Source of the DNA: an uncultured delta proteobacterium
Lineage (GTDB): Bacteria > Desulfobacterota > Syntrophobacteria > Syntrophobacterales > Syntrophobacteraceae
DNA: 64,000 nucleotides
NCBI GenBank assembly: GCA_963808625.1
Contig: CAWEHK010000051.1
Coordinates: 1-64,000 of the forward strand
Reading direction: 5' to 3'
Below the pieces are notes generated by a model. It saw only the letters and a list, made by a program, of their open reading frames with translations, had not been told where the DNA came from and did not search any database. Numbering within the stretch: position 1 is the stretch's first letter; every line of letters starts with the position of its first letter. Position numbers and translations under genes: made by a program. This document shows, piece by piece, positions 52,350 through 63,640 of the stretch.

Positions 52350-53812
52350 GCGGCATTCAAGAGCCTTTCTCCGAAGGCAACTCTTTGATCCACCGCCTCG
52401 ACCCCCGGGGCAAGACAATCGTGGCCGGCCTTTTCGCTGTTATGGTGGCCGTGGCCAAATCCATGCCCGCGGCCTTGGCCGGGCTGGTGCTGTCTCTGCT
52501 CTGCCTGGCCCTGGCGCGTCTTCCTCTGAAAAAGGTGATCGTGCGGCTGCTGGTGGTGAACAGCTTCATTTTTTTCCTCTGGTTCGTATTGCCGCTGACC
52601 TACCCGGGGGATGCGGTGCTTACCTTCGGGCCCCTGTCCGCCACCCGGCAGGGCCTGATCTTCACCGCTCTGATCACCCTGAAATCCAATGCTATTATCA
52701 TTGCCCTCATGGCTTTGGTCGCCACGGTGCCGGTCGTCACTCTGGGACAGGCAATGCACGATATGCGGTTGCCCGACAAATTGTGTCATTTGCTGCTCTT
52801 TACCTACCGCTACCTCTATGTCTTTGAGCAGGAATTCCACCGCCTGGTCCAGGCCATGAAAATCCGCGGCTTTCAGCCGCGCACCAATCTCCACACCTAT
52901 CGCTCCTACGCCTATCTGGCGGCCATGCTGCTGGTGCGCAGCTATGACCGGGCCGACCGCGTTTTTCAGGCCATGTTGTGCCGTGGTTTTCACGGCATTT
53001 TTTACAGCCTGCGCACCTTTTCCTGGCAGCGCCGTGATTGGGTATTAGTGGTGGTATCCACGCTGGCGTTGGCGATGCTCCTCTATCTGGAGTGGCAGAT
53101 GCCCAACCTCGCTAGTGAGGATATGATGAGTGAACCATTGATTGAGTTGCATGACATCACGTTTGCCTACCCCGGAGCCACCCACCCGGTTTTTCAGGGC
53201 CTGAACTATCAGCTCCTGCCGGGCAAACAGATCGGCCTCATCGGTCCCAACGGCTGCGGCAAGACCACCCTCTTGCACCTGATCATGGGGCTGTTGCGCC
53301 CCCAGGCGGGCAGCATCGTCGTTTTCGGGCAGGAAGTCAAAAAAGAGAAGGATTTCGTCGAGGTCCGGCAAAAGGTGGGCCTGCTGTTCCAAAACGCCGA
53401 CGATCAGCTCTTCTGTCCCACCGTCTTAGAAGATGTGGCCTTCGGCCCACTGAACCAGGGGAAACCACCGGCGGAAGCGATAAAGATCGCGCGGGAGACC
53501 ATGGAGCGGCTGGGACTTGAGGGCTTCGAAGACCGGGTGACCTATAAGCTCTCCGGGGGCGAGAAGAAACTGGTCTCCCTGGCCACCGTCCTGGCCATGC
53601 AGCCTCAGGTGCTCCTCCTGGATGAGCCCACCGCGGGCCTGGATGAGAAGACCAAGAAGCGTCTCATCCATATTCTTAAGAACCTGGATATTACTTTCAT
53701 GGTCGTGTCGCATGAAAATGATTTTTTGGAGCATACCGTGGGGGAATGCTGCCATGTTCATACCAGCTTTTGCGAATTTATTCCAATGGGCCAAGGGGGG
53801 AGATTGTTATGA
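52346..53812 (+). CDS. cbiQ: CbiQ (T component) in frame with CbiO (ATPase, internal start near 53123)
   Basis: HRLDPR, FTYRY, AMKIRGF and AMLCRGF, then GPNGCGKT, QLFCPTV.EDVAFG, LSGGEKK and LLDEPT. Confidence 0.88.
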   Translation: MSGIQEPFSEGNSLIHRLDPRGKTIVAGLFAVMVAVAKSMPAALAGLVLSLLCLALARLPLKKVIVRLLVVNSFIFFLWFVLPLTYPGDAVLTFGPLSATRQGLIFTALITLKSNAIIIALMALVATVPVVTLGQAMHDMRLPDKLCHLLLFTYRYLYVFEQEFHRLVQAMKIRGFQPRTNLHTYRSYAYLAAMLLVRSYDRADRVFQAMLCRGFHGIFYSLRTFSWQRRDWVLVVVSTLALAMLLYLEWQMPNLASEDMMSEPLIELHDITFAYPGATHPVFQGLNYQLLPGKQIGLIGPNGCGKTTLLHLIMGLLRPQAGSIVVFGQEVKKEKDFVEVRQKVGLLFQNADDQLFCPTVLEDVAFGPLNQGKPPAEAIKIARETMERLGLEGFEDRVTYKLSGGEKKLVSLATVLAMQPQVLLLDEPTAGLDEKTKKRLIHILKNLDITFMVVSHENDFLEHTVGECCHVHTSFCEFIPMGQGGRLL

Positions 53813-54844
53813 GAAGCGCACGTTATCTCTTAATGGTATTGTTCGTACTATCACTGACCGCATCGAAGCCGGTTTGGTCGGCAAGGGAATCACCCGGAAC
53901 AGCCGGCGAAAAGGTTGCAAGGGAGTCGGGGGCGCCTGCAGAGCGGTGCTGCGATTGGAGGCCGCGGCGAAGGCTTCGAACCCGAAGCTGAGGCAACTAA
54001 GGGAGAGGAAATCCCCGCCACCTTCGGGCCCATCGTCACCGATACCGCCATACCCGTCGAGAAGGGCAAGTTCGTGATTCAGCCCACCTTTGGCTACAGT
54101 TTCGTAAATAGCATTTTTAACGAGAACTGGAAACGGGCTTCAGCCGGCGGCAATTTCCAGTCCTTCTCCATGGATTGGAAATTGACCTACGGCCTGATCG
54201 AAAACATGGAGGTCTTCGTGGTCATCCCCTATGCCCACAACTGGGCCAGAAAGGTCATTGAACCGGGCCCCGATGGCGAGACCTCGGCGAATTCCGGCGG
54301 CCTGGCCGATATCAACCTGACTTTGAAATACCGCCTGGTGGAAGAAACGGAATGCCTGCCCACCGTAACCGCCTTGTTTGCCACCGATTTCCCCACCGGC
54401 AAATTTAAGAACCTGAATCCCAGTGCCCTGAATACCGATGTTATCGGCGGCGGCGCCTATGTCTTCACCCCCGGGGTCAATGTTTCCAAGTATATCAAGC
54501 CATTCATCGTCTACGGCAATCTCTGGTACTCGATGCCCACCTCTTTTACTGACGACGGCGGGAAGGCGTATCCTGGAGATTTTGTCACCGTCAATCTGGC
54601 CGCCGAATATCCCATAACCAAAAAATGGGTGGCCCTCCTGGAGTTGACCAGCTCCTGGGGCGGCGGACGTCTCTTCGGCCCCAAGACCAATTTGCCGCAA
54701 GAGTCTCTGGTTTCCATTATGCCGGGAATTGAATACATGGCCACGGACAAATTTTCCGTGGCTCTGGGCTTGAATATCGACCTCGTCGGAAGAAACACCG
54801 ACGTCGCAATAACGCCGCTATTGTCCATGGTCTATGGTTTCTAA
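53809..54844 (+). CDS. Putative outer-membrane beta-barrel transporter (frameshift near 53940)
   Basis: Signal peptide, GPIVTDTA, GGLADINLTLKY, FPTGK, and a C-terminal Phe. Confidence 0.7.
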
Positions 54845-54942
54845 ACCGCTGCCGGTAAGGAGATCGTTGCGAGACGGTGACAATTTCGTAGCGCAACTGC
54901 AGGCTTTGCTTGCCAACAATCAAGCTTAAATGGAGGGAAATC

Positions 54943-55520
54943 ATGAAAAAATTCTTTGTGCCTTGCCTATGTCTGATGTTCGTCCTCGTTCTGACCCAGG
55001 TCAGCCTGGCTCATTTCGGCGTGATCATGCCTGACAAATCCATGGTAATGCAGGGCGTCAGTCCCAAGCTTGAACTGACCCTGGCGTTCTGCCATCCCTT
55101 TGAACAGAATGGCATGGTCATGGCAAAACCTAAGGCCTTTATGGTACAGTCCGGGAAGGACAAAACCGATCTTCTCAAGAGTCTTCAGGAAACCAGGGTG
55201 TTGAACAACCAGGCCTGGAAGACGAGTTACACTCTGAAGAAACCGGGGGTCTACGCCTTTTACTTCGACCCCCAGCCCTATTGGGAAGGCGCTGAAAACA
55301 AATATATCATCCACCAGACCAAGACCTATGTGGCTGCCTTTGGCGGAGAAGAGGATTGGGACCAGGAAGTGGGTTTGAAGGCCGAAATCATTCCCCTGAC
55401 CCGTCCCTTTGGCCTTTACGCCGAATGTGTTGCAGGGCATATTCAAATTCAAAGGCAAGCCGGTTGCCGATGCCGATGTGGAAGTGGAATACTGGAACGC
55501 CGAGAAGAAGGTGACCGCTG
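54943..55520 (+). pseudogene. DUF4198-like (Co/Ni uptake periplasmic) protein, 3'-truncated
   Basis: SLA-HFGVIMP, FCHPFE, PQPYWE and EIIPLTRPFGLY, then GKPVADADVEVEYWN in a shifted frame. Homology ends near 55518. Confidence 0.75.
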
Positions 55521-55883
55521 TGCTATTCCTGCTCTTCGTGGTGAGTTCTTGAACTTGGCAACATTCTTCAGGTGCTAAATAATTTCTTCGGCATCAGCGT
55601 CACTCTGGGCACCTTCTTAACGGGAGGCGGCTGGAACTCTTTCCTCATCGAGGAACACCATCGCTTGAAAAATCCGTTTTCACCACGCATCACAGACCCG
55701 ATGCGGTGCATCCGCAGAGCTGACCAGGCCTTCAGACCGGTCATAAAATGCCAGGCAATTTGTTGTGCTGTTGCGATATTGCTAGACTGGAATCCGTTAT
55801 GAAAAAAAGGAGTTGACTATTCTTGCGATGGTTGGGTTTATTGAGCGGTCTGACATTTCGCACATACCAGCAATGAATGGCAG

Positions 55884-56828
55884 GTGATCAAAGTGCGGCA
55901 AGAGCTTACCCGTGAGGAACTTCTCCTAAAGATTGAATCACTGGAACAAGCAACCTCCCGGCGCAATGAAGCTGAGGAGTTCGCCGAGGCGGTCCTGAAT
56001 TCACTGTCCGCTCACATAGCCATCTTGGATCGTAATGGCATCATCATCCAGACGAACCGCCCATGGAAGGAATTCGCCCAAGCCAATCAAATACGGATGC
56101 GACCGGATACCGTCACCGTCAATTATATCGAGTTGTGCGATTCCGCCATTGGTGATTCCGCGGAGGGAGCGCGTGATGTAGCCGGCGGCATAAGGGCAGT
56201 CATCGCCGGTGACATCGATGAGTTCGTTATCGATTATCCCTGCCATTCCCCTCAAGAAAAGCGCTGGTTTTATATGCGCGTCACACGCCTGTCGGGCGCA
56301 GAGAGTCTGCGAATAGTCGTGAGCCATGAAAACATCACCGCTCTGAAGACGGCGGAAGAAGCCCTTATAAAACGAGAACTTGAACTGGAGCGGCAAACAC
56401 AGAATCTCGAAGAAGCCAACACCGCGCTTAAGGTTTTATTGAGGCAGCGGGAAAACGACAAGAAAGAGTTGGAAGAGAAAGTTCTTATCAACGTCAGGAA
56501 TTTCATTTTTCCATATCTGGAAAAACTCAAGAATACCCGTTTGGATGACCACCACAGAAACTATTTGGAGATAATGGAATCCCACCTTCAAGACATCATT
56601 TCACCGTTCTTATACCGGTTGCGTGCTGAGCATCTCCATCTGACGCCTCAGGAAATCCAAGTGGCAACTTTGGTTAAGGATGGCAGACCGACGAAAGAAA
56701 TTGCTCAAATTCTTGGTGTTTCCGCGAATGCCGTGGATTTTCACCGGAAGAACATCCGGAAAAAATTCAGGCTAAACAACGTTAAGACCAACCTGCGGTC
56801 CCATCTGCTTTCCTTATCTAATCTGTAG
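55884..56828 (+). CDS. PAS-domain LuxR-family transcriptional regulator
   Basis: PAS (AILDRNGII..YPCHSP..RWF), a coiled coil, and HTH LTPQEIQVA..TKEIA..VDFHRKNIRKK. Confidence 0.92.
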   Translation: MIKVRQELTREELLLKIESLEQATSRRNEAEEFAEAVLNSLSAHIAILDRNGIIIQTNRPWKEFAQANQIRMRPDTVTVNYIELCDSAIGDSAEGARDVAGGIRAVIAGDIDEFVIDYPCHSPQEKRWFYMRVTRLSGAESLRIVVSHENITALKTAEEALIKRELELERQTQNLEEANTALKVLLRQRENDKKELEEKVLINVRNFIFPYLEKLKNTRLDDHHRNYLEIMESHLQDIISPFLYRLRAEHLHLTPQEIQVATLVKDGRPTKEIAQILGVSANAVDFHRKNIRKKFRLNNVKTNLRSHLLSLSNL

Positions 56829-56962
56829 CTTCCACCTACCATTTTGCTACTGACTTTCTCGTATTGCCTTATCCTCAATCGATGTCATTTTTAAAGGGAA
56901 CAATTGGGTAGAGGTATGAAAGAGATGAGAATTTGCAGTCGCCTATCAAAGGAGGTGTAGTC

Positions 56963-57160
56963 ATGTTGTGCAGTCTTTCAACAAAACTGGATGAAAGGGA
57001 TCTTGGCGCCATCACCGCTCTGGAGAAACAATTGGGAAAAACACTCTTGGCTTTTTCATGCCATCCTCTGAAGCCTGCGGAAATCAGCAAGGAACAATTG
57101 GCCAAGATTCAGGAAGTCGAAAGCAAGCTGGGTATTTCATTGGTAGCCGTGAATTCTTAG
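56963..57160 (+). CDS. Small hypothetical protein with an internal duplication
   Basis: AAGGAGG RBS. ITALEKQLGKTLLA and IQEVESKLGISLVA. Confidence 0.75.
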   Translation: MLCSLSTKLDERDLGAITALEKQLGKTLLAFSCHPLKPAEISKEQLAKIQEVESKLGISLVAVNS

Positions 57161-57291
57161 CCAAAAGATTTGAGTTGACATCGCACAGGATGCCATAGAC
57201 GTCGCGCGGGGAAAGGTGGGGCTTTGCAGGAGTCTGTCATCGGTGCTCGCCTGAACTCATTTTTCCGTGAACAGACCGGCGCATCTGAGGA

Positions 57292-58125
57292 TCACTTCAC
57301 TTTGAAAGTTTGGGGGAGCCGCATGTCTCTCCCAACTATTGCGTCTCCAGGCACCAAGGTAATCCTGGGCACTCCTTTAATGGGATTGTTGTCCACAAGC
57401 AGAACACAGCCATAAGTTTCCTCCAGGGTCTCAAAAGTAAGCACCTCAGCGGGCTTCCCCAGGCTCACTATGCCGCCGTCTTTCATAAGCAAGAGGCGAT
57501 CGGCGTAGAGTGCGGCCAGATTCAGATCGTGGGATACCATGACGGCGGTTACCCCCTCATCGTTTCGAAGCTGTTCCAGGAGGTCCATGATCTGGACCTG
57601 ATGGGCCAGATCGAGCGCTGAGGTGGGTTCATCGAGGATTATGATGCGCGGCTGCTGGCATATAGCGCGGGCGATGAGGACCCGCTGGCGCTCCCCGGCG
57701 CTGAGATGGTCCAGTTTGCGCCCGGCAAGATGGACCACATGAGTGAAATGCATGGCTCGCTCGGCGATTTCCAGATCTTTTCGCCGTTCCAATCCCATCC
57801 AGGGGAGATGAGGCGAGCGTCCCATGAGCACCACTTCCGCCACGGTAAAGGGAATGTCCACCGGGGCCACTTGCGGCACCACCGCGACACATCGGGCCAG
57901 TTCCTTTCCCGAGTAACTCCGGAGCGGGCGACCGAGAATCTGCACCTCCCCCTGCTGCGGCCTGGCAGCTCCGGACATGGCCTTCACCAGTGTGGTCTTG
58001 CCGGAACCGTTGGGCCCGATGATGGTAAAGAACTCTCCTTCGAGCACGGAAAAGGAGACGTCATTCAGGACCCTTCTGTTTCCATAGGAGAGCTTCAGAT
58101 GCTCAAGCATCAATGCCGATTTCAT
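57292..58125 (-). CDS. BtuD-like ABC ATPase
   Basis: GPNGSGKT, LSAGERQ and ILDEPT. Confidence 0.92.
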   Translation of the reverse strand: MKSALMLEHLKLSYGNRRVLNDVSFSVLEGEFFTIIGPNGSGKTTLVKAMSGAARPQQGEVQILGRPLRSYSGKELARCVAVVPQVAPVDIPFTVAEVVLMGRSPHLPWMGLERRKDLEIAERAMHFTHVVHLAGRKLDHLSAGERQRVLIARAICQQPRIIILDEPTSALDLAHQVQIMDLLEQLRNDEGVTAVMVSHDLNLAALYADRLLLMKDGGIVSLGKPAEVLTFETLEETYGCVLLVDNNPIKGVPRITLVPGDAIVGRDMRLPQTFKVK

Positions 58126-58195
58126 CGCCGCCGCCTCTTGAGCTTCAAACGGAGGGCGGACATTCCTGTCCGCCGTTCTTGCATCAAAGCGTGAT

Positions 58196-59269
58196 TCATC
58201 GTTTCGATCTCTGGAGCAAAAAGATAAAGAGCGGCGCACCGATCATGGCCGTGATCACCCCCACGGGCATTTCGCCCTGCGCCGGGAGGAACCGCGCCAG
58301 GAGATCGCACCATACCAGATAGGCGCCGCCGCCGAGGATGCAGGCCGGCACCAACACGCGATGGTCCGGCCCCAGAAGAAGCCGCAGCAGATGGGGCATA
58401 ACCAGCCCGACGAACCCCAGGAGCCCCGACTGGCAGACCGTGGCACTGATCATGAATGAGCTCACCACCACGAGAACGAAGGAAACCAGGCGCACATTCA
58501 CTCCCATGTTTGCGGCCATTTCCTCGCCCATAAGGAGCAGGTTCATGGGCCGGGCAAAGAGCAGCAGCAGGACAAAGCAGGGCAGCAGGGAGGCGGCAAG
58601 GACCAGGACCTGATTCGCGTCGGACAGAGAAAGGTCACCCATCAGCCAGAAGAGGATGTTGTGAAGGCGAGAGTCCTGCGTGAGGGAGAGGAGAAACATG
58701 ATGACCGACGAGCAAAAGGCATTGACCATGACTCCGGCCAGGATCAGGGAATCCTGTTTGAGCGACAGTTTGACGGAGGCGATGACGAGCACCAGAATGA
58801 TCGTGGCCATACTGCCGCCAAAGGCTAAGAGGGCCACTCCGGGGAACCGCGACAGGCCAAGAAGGATACCGATAATGGCCCCGATGGCCGATCCGCCGGA
58901 AATGCCCAGGATGTAAGGCTCGGCCAGGGGATTGCGCAGTATGGCCTGAAAGACGAGCCCTCCCAGAGAAAGCGTAGCCCCTGCCAGAGCAGCCAGCAGG
59001 ACCCGGGGCAGGCGAATGCGCCAGACAATGTTCGCCATCGTCGAAGCCGGGTCCCCATGACCGGTAAGCAAGGCAAACACTTCCCTCAGGTTTTGCCCCG
59101 TTGAGCCGATGGAAAGCCCCAACCAGATGCTGATAAAGAGGAGCAGCCCCAATAACAAGGAGACGGCAAGGACGCGTTTGAGAGATGATCGGGACGCGGA
59201 GAGGGGGAGAAGAGAGGGGGGATCGCATCCCTCCCTCCCCCGTGTCTCCGTGTCACCCCGTCTCCCCAA
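58196..59269 (-). CDS. BtuC-like ABC permease
   Basis: IRLPRV, QAILRNPLAEPYILG and GFVGLVMPH. The N-terminus is encoded by short repeats (GDTETRGR). Confidence 0.92.
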   Translation of the reverse strand: MGRRGDTETRGREGCDPPSLLPLSASRSSLKRVLAVSLLLGLLLFISIWLGLSIGSTGQNLREVFALLTGHGDPASTMANIVWRIRLPRVLLAALAGATLSLGGLVFQAILRNPLAEPYILGISGGSAIGAIIGILLGLSRFPGVALLAFGGSMATIILVLVIASVKLSLKQDSLILAGVMVNAFCSSVIMFLLSLTQDSRLHNILFWLMGDLSLSDANQVLVLAASLLPCFVLLLLFARPMNLLLMGEEMAANMGVNVRLVSFVLVVVSSFMISATVCQSGLLGFVGLVMPHLLRLLLGPDHRVLVPACILGGGAYLVWCDLLARFLPAQGEMPVGVITAMIGAPLFIFLLQRSKR

Positions 59270-59285
59270 TCTCCGTTTCCAGGCG

Positions 59286-60174
59286 TCACCACAACTCCGG
59301 GTGAATGAGTCTGGCTAAGAGCTCGAGGCCTTCCACCAGCCGCGGAGAGGGCCGATCGAAGAGGTTCGATTCCACGACATAGACACGGCGGTTGCGAACC
59401 GCAGGCAGACTGCCCCACTGGTTCCATTCGTCTCGCACCGGTTCGAAGTCCTGCCCCCGGGTCATCGACGTAATGATAATGACCTCGGGTTCCAGCGCCA
59501 CGACCTGTTCCCTGGAAAATCGGGGATAGGGGATGGAGCCGGCGGCCAGGTTGCGCCCTCCTGCCGTAGTGATGAGCTCGTCAATGAAAGTGTGCGTTCC
59601 CACGGAAACGATGGGAACGATGCCGATCTGGAAGAAAACCGTCGGCCGCTCTTTAGTCTTTGCCACCCGTGATTTCACTTCCGCGATCCTGGCGCGCATC
59701 TCCCCGACCAGCGCCTGCGCTCTCGGTTCGGCCTGCAGCAGGCCGCCGATTTCCAGCAGGGTATCCAGGACCGTATCGAGATCCTTCGGGTTTACGGCAT
59801 AGACCGGTATCTTCAACGCTTCCAGTCTTTCCACCACCTCTTGCGGGTTGCCGTCCCGGGTCCCGAGGCAGAGGTCCGGTTTCAAAGCCACGATCCTTTC
59901 CAGGTCCGGATGCACATAGGAGCCGATTTCGGGCAAAGACCCCGCTTCCGGCGGAAAATCGCAGTGATGGGTGACCCCCTTCAGACGATGCCCCTCACCC
60001 AGACCGAAAACGATTTCGGTTATGCTGGGAGCCAGCGACACCAATCGTTCGGGGTTATCCGGCACGATGACATCCCGTCCCAATTGATCCCTGACCAGTC
60101 CTGCTTCGCCAATGGCGGCGCTCGTCAGGAGTGAACAGGCATGCGGCTCCCGCCAAAAGAAGGATACCGACCAT
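59286..60174 (-). CDS. BtuF-like corrinoid-binding periplasmic protein (frameshift in the signal region)
   Basis: DQLGR.V..PERLVSLAPSITE, CDFP, PDLERIVALKPDL and DRPSPRL. Confidence 0.88.
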
Positions 60175-60384
60175 TTCGATGGTTTCTCGTTCTAGCATTT
60201 TGGCGATGTGCATTGCCTGCCCATCACGTTCTGCATCATTTCCTCCTTGGGGGCGAAGAAACTTGTCCCAGAACATCTTTGATTCATTTCAGCCCCTTTT
60301 CGAAACACGAAGAGCACGAAGAAATCATTTCGTGTTCTTCGTGCTCTTCCTGTTCTCCGTGGCAAAAGAGGGGCTTTTATATTT

Positions 60385-60517
60385 GATGGTCTCGCAAAAA
60401 GGCCCACAAGGTGTTTCTTCGTCATTCCGGCGAGCGCCGGAATCCAGTGCTTTCAATGAGTTAGAAAATGCCTGGACCCCGATTTTCACCGGGGTGACGG
60501 CTTTTTGCGAATCTATC
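60385..60517. mobile_element. MITE with a 6-bp ATATTT target duplication
   Basis: TIR GATGGTCTCGCAAAAAG/CTTTTTGCGAATCTATC, with ATATTT at 60379-60384 and 60518-60523. Internal GTCATTCCGGC..GCCGGAATCC and CCCCG..CCGGGGTGAC. Confidence 0.82.
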
Positions 60518-60532
60518 ATATTTGAATACCCC

Positions 60533-61459
60533 CTAACTGGTCAGCTTGAATTGAACCGGCAGCACCATCCATGTGGCCACCGCCTTGCCTCGATAGATGC
60601 CGGGTTTGAATCGCCAGCGACGAATGGCTTCCAGGGCGCTTTGTTCAAAATAACCTTCGGGGTTGGCCGCCAGGATCGAAGGCCGGGAAACATGACCGTC
60701 GGGTTCGACCAGGAATCTTAGCACAACCTTGCCGCAAACACCCTGCATGCGAGCTCTCGGAGGATACATCGGTTCAACTTTTTGCAGGGCTTGAGGAATC
60801 TGATCCACCGCGTCCGCATTGAACTCGCCGGCATCGGCGCCCGACCCCGCCGATGAGCCATCTGCAGACGAGAAACCGCGGCCATCTCCTGAGCCCTTTG
60901 CGCCCTGTCCCTCCTCTCCGCTCGTTCCGGCGATTTGCGGGCTGGCATCCCGGTCAGATGGCGCCGCCGCTGAAGGCGACCCATCGGAAGGGATCGCGGA
61001 TGCCGACGCGCTTTCCAAGGGCTCGCTTTGGGGAGAGGCGGGAGCCTTTTTCACCGCCTTACCTGCCGAGGAAGACACCCGCTCGACCCGTTTGACCGTC
61101 TTGGGAGGATCCGGCAGGGGGGCCTTTTCCCGGGGTTTTTCCGGGGAAGGGCGAGACGCCTCGATCTGGGGCGCTCCCTCAGCCCCTTCGACACTACCGG
61201 CGTCGCTGGACCCCCCTATACTTCCTCCCCTCTCCACCAGGTTTACGGTGACAAAAGAACCATGAGACATGGGCTGCGGCTGGATGGTGGGCATAAGCAG
61301 GAGGGCCACGGCAACCAACATATGGGCCAACGTGGACCCGCCGGCCCCCAGGATCAGGTCTTTGGGGGTCACCCTGCCCGCTGGGCGGAGCAGCGATGCT
61401 CCGTCGGACAGGTCCAGTTCCGTCAGAAACGACGCGCTGAGGGAAGGTCCTTGATCCAT
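60533..61459 (-). CDS. tonB: Energy transducer TonB (second copy)
   Basis: TM with STLAH, a low-complexity linker, and YPPRARMQG..FEQSALEAIRRWRFKP. Confidence 0.88.
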   Translation of the reverse strand: MDQGPSLSASFLTELDLSDGASLLRPAGRVTPKDLILGAGGSTLAHMLVAVALLLMPTIQPQPMSHGSFVTVNLVERGGSIGGSSDAGSVEGAEGAPQIEASRPSPEKPREKAPLPDPPKTVKRVERVSSSAGKAVKKAPASPQSEPLESASASAIPSDGSPSAAAPSDRDASPQIAGTSGEEGQGAKGSGDGRGFSSADGSSAGSGADAGEFNADAVDQIPQALQKVEPMYPPRARMQGVCGKVVLRFLVEPDGHVSRPSILAANPEGYFEQSALEAIRRWRFKPGIYRGKAVATWMVLPVQFKLTS

Positions 61460-61522
61460 GCTCGGGATGCTCCAACATCGATCACCATCCAGGCGACAGG
61501 TATTCAGACCGAGTCGACTCCA

Positions 61523-63574
61523 CTAATGAAAGGGAGAGACTGTCATACGACTTACTGCCTTTTCCCTGGCGGCCAACCCGCTCAACAGGGCGTTGAGCGA
61601 CATTCTCATGACGATCGGAATCTCGGGCGAGGTGATATGATCCGTCCCGTTCATGATCCGACTCCCCGCGATTTCATCCGCCACGCTTCGGCACCACCAT
61701 CCAAAAGGTTCGAGGTTCGTTATTTGCCCTCTTTCGTAGGCGTCGCTGAGGGCGAAGGCGGCTCGATGAAGGACGCATAGCGAGGTTGGAGGAGAAGCTC
61801 TTCGAGGCGGGCCAGGTTCTGTCGCTGCTTGTTCTGATCGACAGGACCATCGCACTTCGCCAGAAGTCCAGGGAGGTCAAGATGTCGCTCCTGAAGGCGG
61901 CGAAAGACATTACGCCCAGCGGCGATGCCGTTTTGCCGGTAGACGGCTTCCTTCACCCCGTCATAGACAGCCTTTGCAATCAGTTCGCCCATCTTGCAGT
62001 GCCCCCCGGCGTTGTCGATGGGGGTCCCCGTGCCCTCAACCACCAGCACTTCGTCCGTTCCCGTGCCCGTTGCCTGATTCGCTGAGGGCTTGCGGAACTG
62101 CGCACATCCAGGTCCTCCATCGCCGCCGTCTTGGCTTCCGTGGCGCTGATGATGGCGCGCGTCCGGGCCCGCGAACTGAGCTTCATGTTGGTCATAAGAA
62201 TCACATTGATGGTGCCGGGTTCATAGAACCGTCCTTCATCCACGGACATGCGCACGGCGTTGCTTTCGACCCCGGCCGTCACCAGAGCATAGACGGTCAT
62301 GTCCGGTACTGCGCCTTCTGCACCGAAAGGTTCCCCATGTCGGCGCCGGTAAAAAGAAAGCAACTGTTCTCCTTGGCCTTTCCGATGGCCTTGCAGATGT
62401 GGTTCCGGGATTCTTCGAAACCTAGCCGGTGAACGATGTTCCAGCAGGGGGGCGGTGAATAGTGGTTGCCCACCGCGAGGATCCCCTGTCGCTCGCCCTC
62501 GAGGGTCGAGGTAACGCGCATGGGCTCCTTGAATTCGACCACCAGCGTCTTGTTGGGGAAATCGAAGATGGGGGTTTCGTCCACCCTTGCCGACCGCACA
62601 TAGGCCAGAGGAATATCCAGGGGTATGGTTCGAAGGAGCCTTTCCTCGAAGACCCGAGCCCGCCCACAGGCGAATTCTTCCTCATAGATCGTCGCCGCCA
62701 GCCAGGCCACAAACTCCCCGGCATGCACCGAGGCGCGGCAGGTCAGGGCACAGGGGAAATAGTGAATCCTGCCCGTGCGCACCGCCTCCACGTCCTTCCA
62801 GCCCGGACTGGGAGAAAAATTTCTCCGCCAACTCCCGGTCCCCGCCGCAACCATAGATAACCTGAGGGTCGAAGCGTCGCCATTCCTCGAGCGACACCTC
62901 AACCGCCCCTCCGTTCTTCCCGAATTCGGGAGGGATGCCGCCGGCGGCGCGGATGAAATCGTTTTGAAAGGAATCCTCACCAGGCGTCATCACCTGATCC
63001 CGGCCCATGATCCGCATGACCCGCCGGCGTTTCTCCCGTGGGATTTTTTCGACCTTGTTCGAGATGAGTTGCAGCTCGTTCTGGATATTCTCAACGATTT
63101 CTTTGGCCTGCGCTTCCCGGTCAAAAATCACCCCCAGGGTCTTAATATTCCGAAACAGATCAGCCACTGAGCGGGATTCCAGGTCAATCACCCGGCACGA
63201 CCGCCCGGCAAAATGGTTGCGAACCTCCTGGTGCAGCGGGAGAGAAACACCAGATCGGGATCGAGGGCACCCATTTGCGCCAGGGAAGGAGTGAGAAAGC
63301 CGCCCACAATCACTTTCTGGTTCACTTCGGGCGGCAGCGTGTCGTGATAGGTGAGACCCAGCAGGCAGTCGCCGGCGCCCAGCCGAAAGATTATCTCGGT
63401 CACGGCAGGCACCAGGGAGATGACCTTCCGGGGCTTTTCAAGGAAGGTAACCTGGCACCCTTTCGAATCGCCGACACTGACCGGATAGGCGGCCAGCAAA
63501 GCAGGGCTGCCTGGCAAGAGCAGAAAAGCCACCAGCAGGTGTAGCAGTGCCAGCAACAGTTTGATGATTCTCAT
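61523..63574 (-). CDS. cbiZ: Periplasmic-binding-protein domain fused to an adenosylcobinamide amidohydrolase (CbiZ-like) domain, several frameshifts
   Basis: N-terminal PRKVISLVPAVTE..FDPQVI. C-terminal GNH, FTGADM, VTAGVESNA, PGTINVI, ATEAKTAA, ATGTGTD and GGHCKMGE. Confidence 0.8.
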
Positions 63575-63640
63575 GAAAGCACCTTCTGACAGCAGGAGGG
63601 GAGTTACCCCAAATGTCAGTGAAAGAAGTATCCGCGCCTC

